Part shown: positions 46,668 through 57,024 of the stretch, piece by piece
Layout of the letters: each line of letters starts with the position of its first letter
Position numbering within the stretch: the first letter of the stretch is position 1
From: Candidatus Daviesbacteria bacterium
GTDB lineage: Bacteria > Patescibacteriota > Microgenomatia > Daviesbacterales > UBA10151
Assembly: GCA_028715175.1 (NCBI GenBank)
Contig: JAQUSJ010000001.1
Span: forward strand, 276,550-340,549
DNA length: 64,000 nt
Direction: 5' to 3'
Made by a program: the position numbers and the translations under genes
The notes under the pieces: generated by a model
Databases searched by the model: none
What the model saw: only the letters and a program-made list of their open reading frames with translations
Told to the model about the DNA's origin: nothing

Positions 46668-47384
46668 ATGGGAAAACTCAATATACGAAGTATTCTTGCT
46701 CAAAATAAAGCTTTATTAGTTGTTATACTGATAGTCTTCACAACTCCCTGGACCTGGAAAATTTTAAATGACAATCTTCTCTTGTGTTTATCACTAATCA
46801 TAATTACTGTTATTTTTGTTAAACTATTGTTGAATAATAAGCGGAATACCAGATTAATCTTATTGTTTTGTTCTATCTTTGTGGTAGTTTCTGCAGTGAA
46901 TGTGCAACTGGGTTTCGATCGGAATCTCCGTAAACTTAATGTTAATGAAGAGGTCCAGTTGAACGAGAGGCACAATTATTTCGCCAAAGAATTAAGAGAA
47001 TTCTTTTTGAATAAGTACTCATTAAATTATTATAAAAATTACAATCTTTCTTTCTATAAATTTCAACGGAATTTTTTTTCTGCGTTAGATCCTAATTTAT
47101 ATTTTTTTGCCGGCCATCCAAGAGAAAGAGCCGGAATAAATGAATTTGAAAAATTTCAATCATTGTATCTGATATTCTTTATTATTGGTATAGTCTATAG
47201 TTTGCAACTGCAATCATTACTGGCGATCGCGTATTTACTGGTTGCTGCTTTGATTAATGGATTCATCGCGCCAACATATCGACTTGGACCGATTTTGTTT
47301 TTCCCTTTTGTAACTGCACTAACAGCACTAGGTATCATGTATTCTGTAGCTCTTTTGAAGTCTTTGATTAGGAAAATACACTAA
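46668..47384 (+). CDS. Mini membrane protein homologous to the internal 'NPR-loop + TM' module of the subfamily B GT-C enzymes
   Basis: 238 aa: N-terminal 2 TM, then LDPNLYFFAGHPRERAGINEF (compare large-protein FLFISGDQNPRNSVKTQGEFY), then 3 TM. Paralog at 49019/49112-49690. Confidence 0.5.
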   Translation: MGKLNIRSILAQNKALLVVILIVFTTPWTWKILNDNLLLCLSLIIITVIFVKLLLNNKRNTRLILLFCSIFVVVSAVNVQLGFDRNLRKLNVNEEVQLNERHNYFAKELREFFLNKYSLNYYKNYNLSFYKFQRNFFSALDPNLYFFAGHPRERAGINEFEKFQSLYLIFFIIGIVYSLQLQSLLAIAYLLVAALINGFIAPTYRLGPILFFPFVTALTALGIMYSVALLKSLIRKIH

Positions 47385-47385
47385 A

Positions 47386-49020
47386 ATGAGAACGATAAAA
47401 ATAATACTCTTTTTTTCGGTTTTGGCGATTAGTATATTTTTACGTTTTTATCATTTAGATCAATTACCTCCAGGATTAAATGCTGACGAAGCCTCATTAG
47501 GCTATGATGCTTATTCGCTGCTTTTAACCGGTAAAGATCAATACGGAAAAGCTTTTCCGATATTCCTTCGTTCTTTTGGAGCATATCAGTCGCCGCTGTA
47601 TGCATATTTGACTACTGCCCCCATTTTTCTATTTGGCTTATCTATTTTTGCGGTTCGTTTGCTTTCCGCGCTAGCAGGAATTTTAACCGTGTTGATGACA
47701 TTTATAATTATCTATAACAGTAAAGAAAACAATAAATTTTGGCAGGCGCTACTTGCAAGTTTTATAGTTTCTTTTATGCCATGGTCAATCTTTTTTAGCA
47801 GAACAGCGGTTGAGGCGAATTTGGCCCTTTTTTTGGTGGCGGGCGCTGCATATTTTCTGATTAGATCTTTGCGACAACCGGTTTTTTTTATTTACGCCAG
47901 CATTCTTTTGGCGGTTTCAACATATGCTTATCAAGCGCAAAGACTTAGTTCCATTTTATTTCTTTTGGGTTTTACAATAGTTTTCGCAAAGCAATTTCTA
48001 AGCAGGAAGAAAATAGTACTCGTGGGATTAGCTCTAATGTTTATTATTCAAATTCCCCAACTAACTTTGATAAATTCTCAAGCCGGTACCAGAAGATTAG
48101 ATCAGGTTAATTATTTTAGCAAAAATTATTTTGATCAAAATGGAGGAAACTTAAAATCTGTTCTTTTTGGTCAGCAAATCTATATTTTCAATCAATTCTC
48201 AAGCCATTATCTTGCATACTTTTCTCCAAAGAATCTATTTTTTGATCCTGATCCTCAAGAGGGAAGATCTATCCCTGATTTATCTGTCTTTTATGGCTGG
48301 ATGTTTATACCACTGTTATTTGGTTTTAAAGTATTTTGGGAAAAACGTAAAGATCCTACAATTAAAATTTTGCTGCTGTTTATAGCTGTAAGTGTAATTC
48401 CAGCTGCTTTAACAAGGGAACCATTTTATACTTTAAGAGTTTTGCCTTTATTTTGGGTACTATCCATTATTATTTCTTTTGGAGGATTTGAAATTTTATG
48501 CAATCTCCGGTTTAATATTCTTAAAGTTATTTTATTGTTTATTATTTCAACTTTCACTTTTGTAACTCTTTATAACAATTATTTCATATTATTAAAATAT
48601 GAAAGAAGTTCTGAATACGGGTTTCCATATATTGAACTTGCCAAAAAAACCGAAGAGTTAAGTTCTAAAAAATTTGTTGTTGACTTAGAAAGACAGAGCC
48701 AATCTTATATTTGGTTTGCTTTCTTTAAAAAATATGATCCGTATAAATTACAAGATCAGGGAAAAGATGTTTTAAAAAATTATTATAATGCTGCAGACTT
48801 TAATGGTAACAAAGTTATTGGTAATGTGGAAATAAAAGATGATATTTGGAAACAGGAAGAAAATTCTTGCATAAGTGATATTATAGTAGGAGATCTTTTA
48901 GCTGTTTCAGAAGCCGATATTAAAGAGCATGAGTTGCACCGGGAATTTGAGATTCCGGATTTGTCTGGTAAGGTTAAGTTAAAAGCTTATTCAACAAGGG
49001 CGAAAGGAAAATGTTATTAA
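47386..49020 (+). CDS. GT-C glycosyltransferase, PMT/ArnT-like subfamily B paralog
   Basis: LNADEASLGYDAYSLLLTGKDQYGKAFPIFLRSFGAYQSPLYAY; VRLLSALAGIL; YFSPKNLFFDPDPQEGRSIPDLSVFYGW. 544 aa. Confidence 0.7.
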   Translation: MRTIKIILFFSVLAISIFLRFYHLDQLPPGLNADEASLGYDAYSLLLTGKDQYGKAFPIFLRSFGAYQSPLYAYLTTAPIFLFGLSIFAVRLLSALAGILTVLMTFIIIYNSKENNKFWQALLASFIVSFMPWSIFFSRTAVEANLALFLVAGAAYFLIRSLRQPVFFIYASILLAVSTYAYQAQRLSSILFLLGFTIVFAKQFLSRKKIVLVGLALMFIIQIPQLTLINSQAGTRRLDQVNYFSKNYFDQNGGNLKSVLFGQQIYIFNQFSSHYLAYFSPKNLFFDPDPQEGRSIPDLSVFYGWMFIPLLFGFKVFWEKRKDPTIKILLLFIAVSVIPAALTREPFYTLRVLPLFWVLSIIISFGGFEILCNLRFNILKVILLFIISTFTFVTLYNNYFILLKYERSSEYGFPYIELAKKTEELSSKKFVVDLERQSQSYIWFAFFKKYDPYKLQDQGKDVLKNYYNAADFNGNKVIGNVEIKDDIWKQEENSCISDIIVGDLLAVSEADIKEHELHREFEIPDLSGKVKLKAYSTRAKGKCY

Positions 49021-49111
49021 TATAAATAGATTCATACTTATCCATATTTTAGTAATATTATTTAATCCCTGGTGGTGGATAATTATTCAGAAAAATCTTT
49101 GGATTGGTTTA

Positions 49112-49690
49112 TTGGTTTTTGTTCTAAGTCTTGTAGTATTTATATATTTTTGGCAAATTAAATCCAGAAAACTATTGTTATCATTGCTGGTATTGACTGC
49201 GGTTTTATCTTTTATTGCTGTAAAGGGAGCCTTCGACGAAAATCTCTTTCGAAGCTCAGCTTTAGATATACAACAGTATAACAAAAGACATGAATTTTAT
49301 GCCAAGGATCTAGGTAAAATATACACAAATAAATTCTCTTTAACTTACTTTAAAGAATATAATTTTCCTCTTATAAAATTACAACGTAATCTTTTTGCCA
49401 ATTTAGATCCTAATCTATATTTTTTTGCCAGTCATCCGAGAGAGCGGGCGGGCGTTGAAGAGTTTAATAAATACTCACCAATCTTTTTACCATTTTTCTT
49501 AATTGGAGTCTTCTACTCTATATATATTTTATTGCCAAATTTTCTGATTTATGCAATATCTGTTTTGTTATTAAGTTCAATCATCTCTTCTAAATACAAC
49601 CTTGGACCTATACTATTTTTCCCGCTTATTAATTACTTAATTACAGTTGGACTTATTTTATCTTTTAAAAATATTAAGAAGATGATATGA
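49112..49690 (+). CDS. Second mini membrane protein (paralog of 46668-47384); called with a TTG start, but homology continues in frame upstream to 49019 with no canonical start codon
   Basis: LDPNLYFFASHPRERAGVEEF motif. Upstream in-frame translation ..ILVILFNPWWWIIIQKNL.. aligns with VVILIVFTTPWTWKILNDNL of the first copy, but no ATG/GTG/TTG lies between 49019 and 49112. Confidence 0.45.
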   Translation: MVFVLSLVVFIYFWQIKSRKLLLSLLVLTAVLSFIAVKGAFDENLFRSSALDIQQYNKRHEFYAKDLGKIYTNKFSLTYFKEYNFPLIKLQRNLFANLDPNLYFFASHPRERAGVEEFNKYSPIFLPFFLIGVFYSIYILLPNFLIYAISVLLLSSIISSKYNLGPILFFPLINYLITVGLILSFKNIKKMI

Positions 49691-51354
49691 AATATAATCT
49701 AAAGTTAATTGTGATTTTTATTGTAATCATTGTTTTTAGTGCAATTTTAAGATTTTACCAAATAGGTAGTATTCCTCCGGGTTTAACCATAGATGAATCT
49801 TCACAAGGGTATAATGCTTTCTCACTTCTTAATACCGGAAAAGATCGTTACGGTCAGCCTTTTCCTATACTTTTTCGTTTATTTGATTCAATCCAAGTAC
49901 CCTTATACACGTATTTAACCATCGCGCCTATCTACTTTTTCGGAAATTCTATATTTTCAATCCGTTTCATCTCTGCTTTGTCAGGAGTTATTTTAATAGG
50001 TATAACATTCTTGCTATTCATTAATTTTGAAAAGAATAGAAAAAATAATAGCCTAGCTATTATTTCAGCATTAATGGTTGCGATATCACCATGGGCAGTA
50101 TTTTATTCGAGGATTTGTACAGAGGCAAGCTTAGGGGTAACTCTATTTATCTTAAGTATAATGTTTTTTTATTTTTCTTTGAGGCATCGACGTTTATTTC
50201 CTATAGCAACATTTATCTTAGGTTTATCTACTCATGCTTATTACAGTGAGCGGATAATTAGTATTTTGTTCCTAATTGGTTTTATATGGTTGTTTAGAAA
50301 GACGATATTTTTGCAAAGGAGGATATTTATTTTAGGGATAGTTCTTTTTATAATTACTCAGATACCGCATCTTTGGGTTGCAAATTCCGGAGCATTTACT
50401 AGAAGAATTATTCAGGTAAATTACTTTAGTGAACAATTCTTCCAAGAAAACAGTGGCAATCTTCGCAATATACCTCTTGGCAGATTATTATTTATAGTTA
50501 GAGAATTTGTAAGTCAGTATTTGGCCTATTTTTCTCCAAAGAATTTATTTTTCGATCCTGATCCTCAACAAGGTGTACGCTCAATGCCAGATCTTTCTGT
50601 ATTTTACAGTTGGGTGATTATCCCATTTCTCTTTGGATTACGATCATTGATTCTAAATAGATCACTGTCTTTTGTTAAGATATTGATTTTATTGCTTGTG
50701 ATAGGGCCTTTCGCAGCTAGTTTAACCAGAGACCCATTTGCTACTATTCGCGTGCTTGGTTTTCTTTGGGGTATTACTATAACTATTGCTTTTGGTCTGA
50801 ATTATTTATTGGGTATATTTTCTTCTTTTAAGCTTAAACTTTTAACTTTTACTGTAGTTGTTTTATTGTCGTTAATTCAGTTATACCTTGCTTACTTTGT
50901 TCTTCTAAAGTATGAGCGTTCTCATAATTATGGCTATTCATATGTAGAATTACTAAAACAAATTGAACTTATGAGAGATAAACACTTTGTCGTTGATTCT
51001 TCCAGGGAACCAGCAGCAGGAATTATGTTTGCCTTTTTCAAAAAATATGATCCTAATAAATTACAGAAGGATTTAGGACCACTAGTGGTTGGTAGGTATT
51101 ACAGTAGCTTTGATCCTAATGAAATATACATTGTTGATAATATTGAAGCAAGGCCAATTTTCTGGAAAGAAGATGCTTGCAAAAAACAGATTTTAGTAGG
51201 GGATCTATTGGCAATCTCTGATAATCAAGTCAAAGAACATAAGTTAAGTTTTCTTTTTGATATTAAAGATACAGCAGGTGATGTAGTTTTGAAAGCTTAT
51301 GAAACAGATCCTGATATAAAATGTAATTTAAATACAAAAATACTTGTTGAATGA
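49687..51354 (+). CDS. GT-C glycosyltransferase, PMT/ArnT-like subfamily B paralog (closest to 47386-49020)
   Basis: LTIDESSQGYNAFSLLNTGKDRYGQPFPILF; YFSPKNLFFDPDPQQGVRSMPDLSVFYSW; C-terminal domain collinear with 47386-49020. Confidence 0.7.
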   Translation: MKYNLKLIVIFIVIIVFSAILRFYQIGSIPPGLTIDESSQGYNAFSLLNTGKDRYGQPFPILFRLFDSIQVPLYTYLTIAPIYFFGNSIFSIRFISALSGVILIGITFLLFINFEKNRKNNSLAIISALMVAISPWAVFYSRICTEASLGVTLFILSIMFFYFSLRHRRLFPIATFILGLSTHAYYSERIISILFLIGFIWLFRKTIFLQRRIFILGIVLFIITQIPHLWVANSGAFTRRIIQVNYFSEQFFQENSGNLRNIPLGRLLFIVREFVSQYLAYFSPKNLFFDPDPQQGVRSMPDLSVFYSWVIIPFLFGLRSLILNRSLSFVKILILLLVIGPFAASLTRDPFATIRVLGFLWGITITIAFGLNYLLGIFSSFKLKLLTFTVVVLLSLIQLYLAYFVLLKYERSHNYGYSYVELLKQIELMRDKHFVVDSSREPAAGIMFAFFKKYDPNKLQKDLGPLVVGRYYSSFDPNEIYIVDNIEARPIFWKEDACKKQILVGDLLAISDNQVKEHKLSFLFDIKDTAGDVVLKAYETDPDIKCNLNTKILVE

Positions 51355-52964
51355 ATAAAAATCATTTTATACTTTTGTTATTAATTATCTTTGCCGCATT
51401 TTTTATAAGAGTTACCAACTTAACTTTTCCTGCTTTTACTTCAGATGAAGCGAGAGTAGCATTCAGAGGATATACTCTTGCAACGACAGCCAAGGACGAG
51501 CTCGGTAGGGTTATGCCGATACTTTTCAACTCCTCAGGAGATTATCAGCTTCCAGCTGTTTCATATATTACAGCTTTGGGAACGCTGGTGTTTGGCAAAA
51601 CAGATTTAGGAGCAAGAATGCCGTTTATATTAATATCAATTCTGATTGTGGTATTAATCTATAAGATTTCCGATATTTTTTTCTTGAAAAAAGAATTCCG
51701 ACTGCTAGCAGCGTTAGTTGCTGCTTTTACACCTTCCTTAATTTTCTTTTCTAAGATTCCAAACGAAACAATAGTGTTCACTTTTAGTTTAATTCTGCTT
51801 TTTTATTTGTTGACTAAAGAAAAGATAAATTTTTTAAGCGTGGTTTTTACAGTAATATTTTCTATCGCTGTTTCAAAAATTGCCTGGTGGATACTCATTC
51901 CCTTTACTGTGCTTACTTTGACATTTTTTCAGCCAAATTTGCGAAAGAGGACAAAAATAAGCGTTATTCTTATTGTTTTGTTTCTAACAACAGTAGCTGT
52001 AGTTTTGTTTTTACGTGTACCGCAAGCTACCAGGAGTTTTTTGGAGAATGATTTTTTGCTTCTTCAAGAGAATAGCATCACGGTTGCTATGAATAGATCC
52101 AGAGGACAAGGACTAGAGTCGCATTGGCCTAATTTTGTTGAAAAAATATTATTTAATAAATTACAGTTTATTGCCGTAGGGGTTTTGAATTGGCTATCCC
52201 ATTTAGATCTTGCTGTTTTTTTTGGTCAATTTGATGAAGAAGGGAAAATGGGTTTTAGTAGCATGGGAGCGTTCCCTAAAATTGCGATCTTTCCTTTTAT
52301 TGTCGGGATTATTGCCTTAATACGAAAAAGTGATGTAAAGTTAAGAGCGTTACTTTTTTATCCTTTAGTCTTGACCTTCCCTCTTGTTTTTGTATATCCC
52401 CGTAACCGCCAGGATATTGCTGTTATTGTTCTCCCTTTTTTGATTTTTATCATAGCTTTGGGGTTAATAAAATTAAACCGTTTACTTAAAATTGCCGTTC
52501 TCTCGTTAATGATCTTTGAAGTTATTATTAATATGTTTTTTGTTTCTCCTCAAATAAAGCAGACTAATTATTCCCGTCCGGCTTGGGTGAAGCAAATAGT
52601 AGAGGATGGTTATAATCTTTCGGTAAATAGTAAAGTTGCTTTATCTGACGATTTTACTTCTGATATAGCTCCGTTTTTGGAATGGTACACACCGCTTGTC
52701 GCTAAAGATGATTTTAAAAACATCCAATTTCCCTACAAATTTCATCAAAGTCAGGTATCTGGTATTAAAATCATTGGGAACGATGATACCTTTTATTTTT
52801 GCGGTTTGGATAAATCAACTCATATTTTTGCAAGCAAGAGGGATCTTGAAGAGATACAAAAATGGTTAAATGTTACTGCTGAAAAGACAGTTGTAAAAAC
52901 ATACAAAGATGATTTGGGTAATAATATAGTTTATCTTCTTCGATCAACCATATGCGTAAAATAA
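51351..52964 (+). CDS. GT-C glycosyltransferase, divergent subfamily B paralog
   Basis: FTSDEARVAFRGYTLATTAKDELGRVMPILFNSSGDYQLPAVSY; polytopic. 4-nt start/stop overlaps on both sides. Confidence 0.6.
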   Translation: MNKNHFILLLLIIFAAFFIRVTNLTFPAFTSDEARVAFRGYTLATTAKDELGRVMPILFNSSGDYQLPAVSYITALGTLVFGKTDLGARMPFILISILIVVLIYKISDIFFLKKEFRLLAALVAAFTPSLIFFSKIPNETIVFTFSLILLFYLLTKEKINFLSVVFTVIFSIAVSKIAWWILIPFTVLTLTFFQPNLRKRTKISVILIVLFLTTVAVVLFLRVPQATRSFLENDFLLLQENSITVAMNRSRGQGLESHWPNFVEKILFNKLQFIAVGVLNWLSHLDLAVFFGQFDEEGKMGFSSMGAFPKIAIFPFIVGIIALIRKSDVKLRALLFYPLVLTFPLVFVYPRNRQDIAVIVLPFLIFIIALGLIKLNRLLKIAVLSLMIFEVIINMFFVSPQIKQTNYSRPAWVKQIVEDGYNLSVNSKVALSDDFTSDIAPFLEWYTPLVAKDDFKNIQFPYKFHQSQVSGIKIIGNDDTFYFCGLDKSTHIFASKRDLEEIQKWLNVTAEKTVVKTYKDDLGNNIVYLLRSTICVK

Positions 52965-54607
52965 TCTCAAAACAATCTTTATTACTACTCTCCATAATTC
53001 TGATTGGAGGCGTGTTTAGATTTTATAGACTGACAGATTTTCCGGTGCAGCTAAACCACGACGAGATTAGTCAATTGTATGATGCTATCTCTATAGCAGA
53101 AACAGGTAAAGATGTATATGGCAATTTTATGCCGACTATATTCCCTTCGGTAAATGATTTTAAGTCGCCGTTTTACACATATATAACAAGTCTTTTTTAT
53201 TTGTTTTTAGGGAATAAGGAAGTGATTATCAAATTACCGGGTGTAATTTTCGGATGGTTGACTATAATAGCTGTTTATTTTTTTGTCTTGAAGTTATTTA
53301 AAAATTGGAGGATTGCCATATGCGCATCGTTTTTTACTGCTATTTCTCCTTTTGAAATATTTTTTTCTCGAAAAAGCTTTGAAAATGTTGCCGGGATCTT
53401 TTTTATGCTTTTTGGTTTTGCAAGTTTATTAGCTTATATCGATAAGAAATCTAATACCAGGATGCTTTACATAGGGTTTTTGTTTCTGGCAATTGCAACT
53501 TATACTTATTTTTCTCATGCAATTTTAATACCGTTTCTCCTTTTTTCCTTCGTACTGATATACAGAGAACATTTTTTAAATAATGTCAAACGAGTATTGT
53601 TACCTGTACTGGTATTGGGGGTTTTGCTAGTTCCCTTGGTGTTGATAATTATTACTAATCCGGGTGCCCGGTATAGGTCTAAAACTGTTTTTATAACCCA
53701 GGATGTTAATTTGGAGAGAAATATAGAGTATTCAAAGTCGGAAAATTATTTAACTTCATTTCTACTAAAGAATAAAGCGATATTAGACTTTAGTTTTAAC
53801 AGGTATTTGGAGCAATTTAATGTAGATTTTATTTTTGCAAATGGTTTAGATTTTACTGGCGAGAGATTATTAAACCAAGGACTATTATTACTAATTCAAT
53901 TACCTCTCTTCGTTTTAGGGCTAATTTATTTAATCAGGCTGAATGGTTTTAAACAGGCTAAAATGTTTATTTTAGCCTGGATTTTATTAGGGATGCTACC
54001 AAGCGGTTTGACTTTTGAATCGCATAGTCCGCATAGAAGTATTATGGTTTTTACAATGTTGAATATTATTTGCGCGGTAGGATTTTATTGGTTTATTCAA
54101 ATAACTAAGAAATCCAAACGGTTTTTTTATCCCCTGATTTGTTTATTTGCATTAGCTTTAATTTTTAATTTTATGTATTTTATACATATGTATTTTGTTA
54201 ATTTTCCTTTTGAAAGATCCCAGCATATACAATATCCTTTTAAACAGGTTGCCTTGTATGCCTGGAGTCAGTATCAAAATTTTGACAGCATTATTTTTGA
54301 TCCGCAGTTTGGCGATTTTGAGCCGAAAATAGGAGCAGGAGCGTATTACTATTTTGCCTACTATGGCCAGATGCCGCCTGATAAATTTCAGAAAGAATAC
54401 CGGTTAGGGGATAAGCCAAGAGAGGTGCTCTTTGATAAGTTTTCCATAAGAGAAGTTTATTGGCTGACTGATAAGGATTTAAAAAATACATTAGTTATTG
54501 CAAGTCCTTGGAGTGTTCGCGAAAAAGACATAGAAGATAAAAATAAGATAATAAAAAGATTCTTTTTTTATAATGGCAAGCTAGCTTTCTATGCAATAAA
54601 ATTATAA
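52952..54607 (+). CDS. GT-C glycosyltransferase, PMT/ArnT-like subfamily B paralog
   Basis: LNHDEISQLYDAISIAETGKDVYGNFMPTIF; IKLPGVIFGWL; ISPFEIFFSRKSFEN; FIFANGLDFTGERLLNQG. Confidence 0.7.
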   Translation: MRKIISKQSLLLLSIILIGGVFRFYRLTDFPVQLNHDEISQLYDAISIAETGKDVYGNFMPTIFPSVNDFKSPFYTYITSLFYLFLGNKEVIIKLPGVIFGWLTIIAVYFFVLKLFKNWRIAICASFFTAISPFEIFFSRKSFENVAGIFFMLFGFASLLAYIDKKSNTRMLYIGFLFLAIATYTYFSHAILIPFLLFSFVLIYREHFLNNVKRVLLPVLVLGVLLVPLVLIIITNPGARYRSKTVFITQDVNLERNIEYSKSENYLTSFLLKNKAILDFSFNRYLEQFNVDFIFANGLDFTGERLLNQGLLLLIQLPLFVLGLIYLIRLNGFKQAKMFILAWILLGMLPSGLTFESHSPHRSIMVFTMLNIICAVGFYWFIQITKKSKRFFYPLICLFALALIFNFMYFIHMYFVNFPFERSQHIQYPFKQVALYAWSQYQNFDSIIFDPQFGDFEPKIGAGAYYYFAYYGQMPPDKFQKEYRLGDKPREVLFDKFSIREVYWLTDKDLKNTLVIASPWSVREKDIEDKNKIIKRFFFYNGKLAFYAIKL

Positions 54608-54617
54608 ACTGTGAAAT

Positions 54618-55388
54618 ATGGGAACAGGTAAAGTTGCAAAGGTTGTAATAGTAATGCCTGCATATAATGCGGCAAAGACAATTAAGAGTACTTATGAAGA
54701 GATCCCTCAAGAATTCAGGAAGAATATTATCCTGGTGGACGATAGAAGCCATGATAACACTGTTGAAATTGCGCGAAATCTAGGCATTAGGGTGTTTTCC
54801 CATACACATAATTTAGGATACGGAGGCAATCAAAAAACTTGTTATTATGAGGCTTTAAAAGATGATCCAAGCGTTGTTGTGATGCTGCATCCTGATTATC
54901 AGTATGATGCTAAATTAATTGGAGAATTAATTAGGCCGATTCAAGATGGCCGTTATGATTTTATGTTTGGTTCAAGGATTCAGAGCCGGCAATCGGCTCT
55001 GTCAGGAGGTATGCCTAAAATCAAATATTCTATAAACAGAATAGTTTGCATCTTGGAAAATATTTTACTTGATGTTAATTTTACCGAGCATTTTTCCGGT
55101 TTTCGGGCATATTCTGTTAAACTTCTTAAAACAGTTCCTTTTCAAAAATTTTCTAATGATTTTGTTTTCGATCAACAGATGACAATTTCAGCTTTAAGCT
55201 ACGGGTTTAAGATCGGAGAGATACCTATCCCTACAAGATATCACGAAAAGGCTTCCTCCATACAATTTCTTAAAGGCGCTAAGTTTATTTTGGATACATT
55301 TTGGTGGATAATGATTTATAGGTTTCACAAATTAGGTTTAATAAAAAGTGCAATTGTTAATATAAAACCGACTATAGATAAAAGCTGA
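54618..55388 (+). CDS. GT2 glycosyltransferase (Dpm1/GtrB-like)
   Basis: VVIVMPAYNAAKTIKSTYEEIPQEF..ILVDDRSHDNT..HPDYQYD. 3' end overlaps the convergent gene by 64 nt. Confidence 0.7.
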   Translation: MGTGKVAKVVIVMPAYNAAKTIKSTYEEIPQEFRKNIILVDDRSHDNTVEIARNLGIRVFSHTHNLGYGGNQKTCYYEALKDDPSVVVMLHPDYQYDAKLIGELIRPIQDGRYDFMFGSRIQSRQSALSGGMPKIKYSINRIVCILENILLDVNFTEHFSGFRAYSVKLLKTVPFQKFSNDFVFDQQMTISALSYGFKIGEIPIPTRYHEKASSIQFLKGAKFILDTFWWIMIYRFHKLGLIKSAIVNIKPTIDKS

Positions 55389-57007
55389 GAGACTTTTATT
55401 AATTGAGTTTCTTGGTATCTTACTGCTACAGTATGGTTTCCTTGAGGCGCTATAAAACTAATCCTTCCTTCTTTATCAGTGCTAAATTTTATTACTTTAT
55501 TATCTAAATAAAGAGTTTGACCAGGAAAGTAGAATTGACCGGTTGATGCGGTCCCTTCTTTAATAACATTGATGTTGAATAATAATTGATTGGTTGATTT
55601 CTTGACACCGGAAGCAGACAAATTTTCTCCGACTATTTCATTCCAGGGTTTATTTAATAATTTGGCTTCAGCCTGTATTGGTAAGTACTCATTAAAAGCA
55701 TTGGTTGTTGCCTCGGTTTCTATATTCAGGTAGCTAGAAATGGGAAAATTAGTGTACTGATTGACGTTCAGATGATTTCTATTAGTATATATTGCTATGA
55801 AGATAAAAGCGAAGAAAACAAGATTTCTCCACCGTTTTCCAATATTTTGTAAAACAATTCCCGTACTAATGGATGCAATAAATGTTGCTGGAAGGAGTAA
55901 CCTAAACGGAAAATCTACAATTACAAATTTAGTTATTATGCTCCAAATAGATTTTGACCAGTCCAGCATTAAAAAGATGCTGATGGTAAAAGCAATAACT
56001 AAACTTGTACTTAAACTTTGGTAGTTTTTAGAGATTTTTTTGAAGAAAATCAATAAAACTAGAAAAATCATAGAAATCCATTGGGCTAATCCCAGCTGGA
56101 AAGAATTCTCTCCATTTTTGGCATTATTTACTATCGGGCCATAACCCCATTTTGAATAGATCAACTGATTAAAATTAATGAAGTTCCTTTTGTAGAGTTC
56201 GGAAAAACCGGTTTCTTGGTGTACTTTGGTGAATTGGTTATAGTAAAGGGCCGGTATCAAATAAAAAGAAGAGACTAAAATTCCAAGCACTAAACCAAGA
56301 CTTATATTTTTCAAGAAATTAATCCTTCTTTGGACATTGGTAAGTTCCCACAAAAGAAAAATTAGAATGAGGGGAGACAAAAATATAAGATGCATTATAT
56401 GTGAAAGAATTATCCCTGAAAGGCCAATGGCTAATATAGGTATACCGAATTTTGATTCCTCTTTTATCAAATGTATGCCCAAAAACGAAAGAGGTAGAAA
56501 AGCAAAGACAAAAGCAATCCCCATCGATCCGCCAACAAATATAATAAAAAAATGATAAGGTAACCACAGATATAGTATTCCCGAAATAAGCCCTGAGAAC
56601 CTGTTCCTTAGTAGATTTTTTACAAAGAAATACATTGTGATACCGGAAGCTATGTAAGATAAAAAGAATAAAATTTTTATTGTGTTGGGGATATCAAATC
56701 CTAACTTGAGTAATAAAACACCAATAATCCAAGGAAGATGGTAGGAAAAGAAAAACAACGGATATCCAAAATTATTTGCAAGCTGTGAAATCCAATAAGG
56801 GGGGAATTGCCCGTCATTTACTCCTTGGGAATAGTAGTACAGTCTGACTACTTGATGCCAAATATCATGGGCTGTAAAAAGACCGGGATGAATAAGGGCT
56901 TTAGCGCCTAAAATGGCAAGTATTATTAGGAGGATTAAATATAGCCAATGTTCTGACAGCAGTTTTCTCATTTGTGACTTACATATGATAATAGCTTTTA
57001 TGGGCAT
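55325..57007 (-). CDS. YfhO-like GT-C family membrane glycosyltransferase (only minus-strand gene in the 26.8-64 kb block)
   Basis: HPGLFTAHDIWHQVVRLYYYSQGVNDGQFPPYWISQLANNFGYPLFFF; C-terminal FYFPGQTLYLDNKVIKF collinear with 31291-32952 and 32945-34654. Confidence 0.55.
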   Translation of the reverse strand: MPIKAIIICKSQMRKLLSEHWLYLILLIILAILGAKALIHPGLFTAHDIWHQVVRLYYYSQGVNDGQFPPYWISQLANNFGYPLFFFSYHLPWIIGVLLLKLGFDIPNTIKILFFLSYIASGITMYFFVKNLLRNRFSGLISGILYLWLPYHFFIIFVGGSMGIAFVFAFLPLSFLGIHLIKEESKFGIPILAIGLSGIILSHIMHLIFLSPLILIFLLWELTNVQRRINFLKNISLGLVLGILVSSFYLIPALYYNQFTKVHQETGFSELYKRNFINFNQLIYSKWGYGPIVNNAKNGENSFQLGLAQWISMIFLVLLIFFKKISKNYQSLSTSLVIAFTISIFLMLDWSKSIWSIITKFVIVDFPFRLLLPATFIASISTGIVLQNIGKRWRNLVFFAFIFIAIYTNRNHLNVNQYTNFPISSYLNIETEATTNAFNEYLPIQAEAKLLNKPWNEIVGENLSASGVKKSTNQLLFNINVIKEGTASTGQFYFPGQTLYLDNKVIKFSTDKEGRISFIAPQGNHTVAVRYQETQLIKVSQLLSIVGFILTIALFIKPNL

Positions 57008-57024
57008 AAATTGCTAACATTAAT

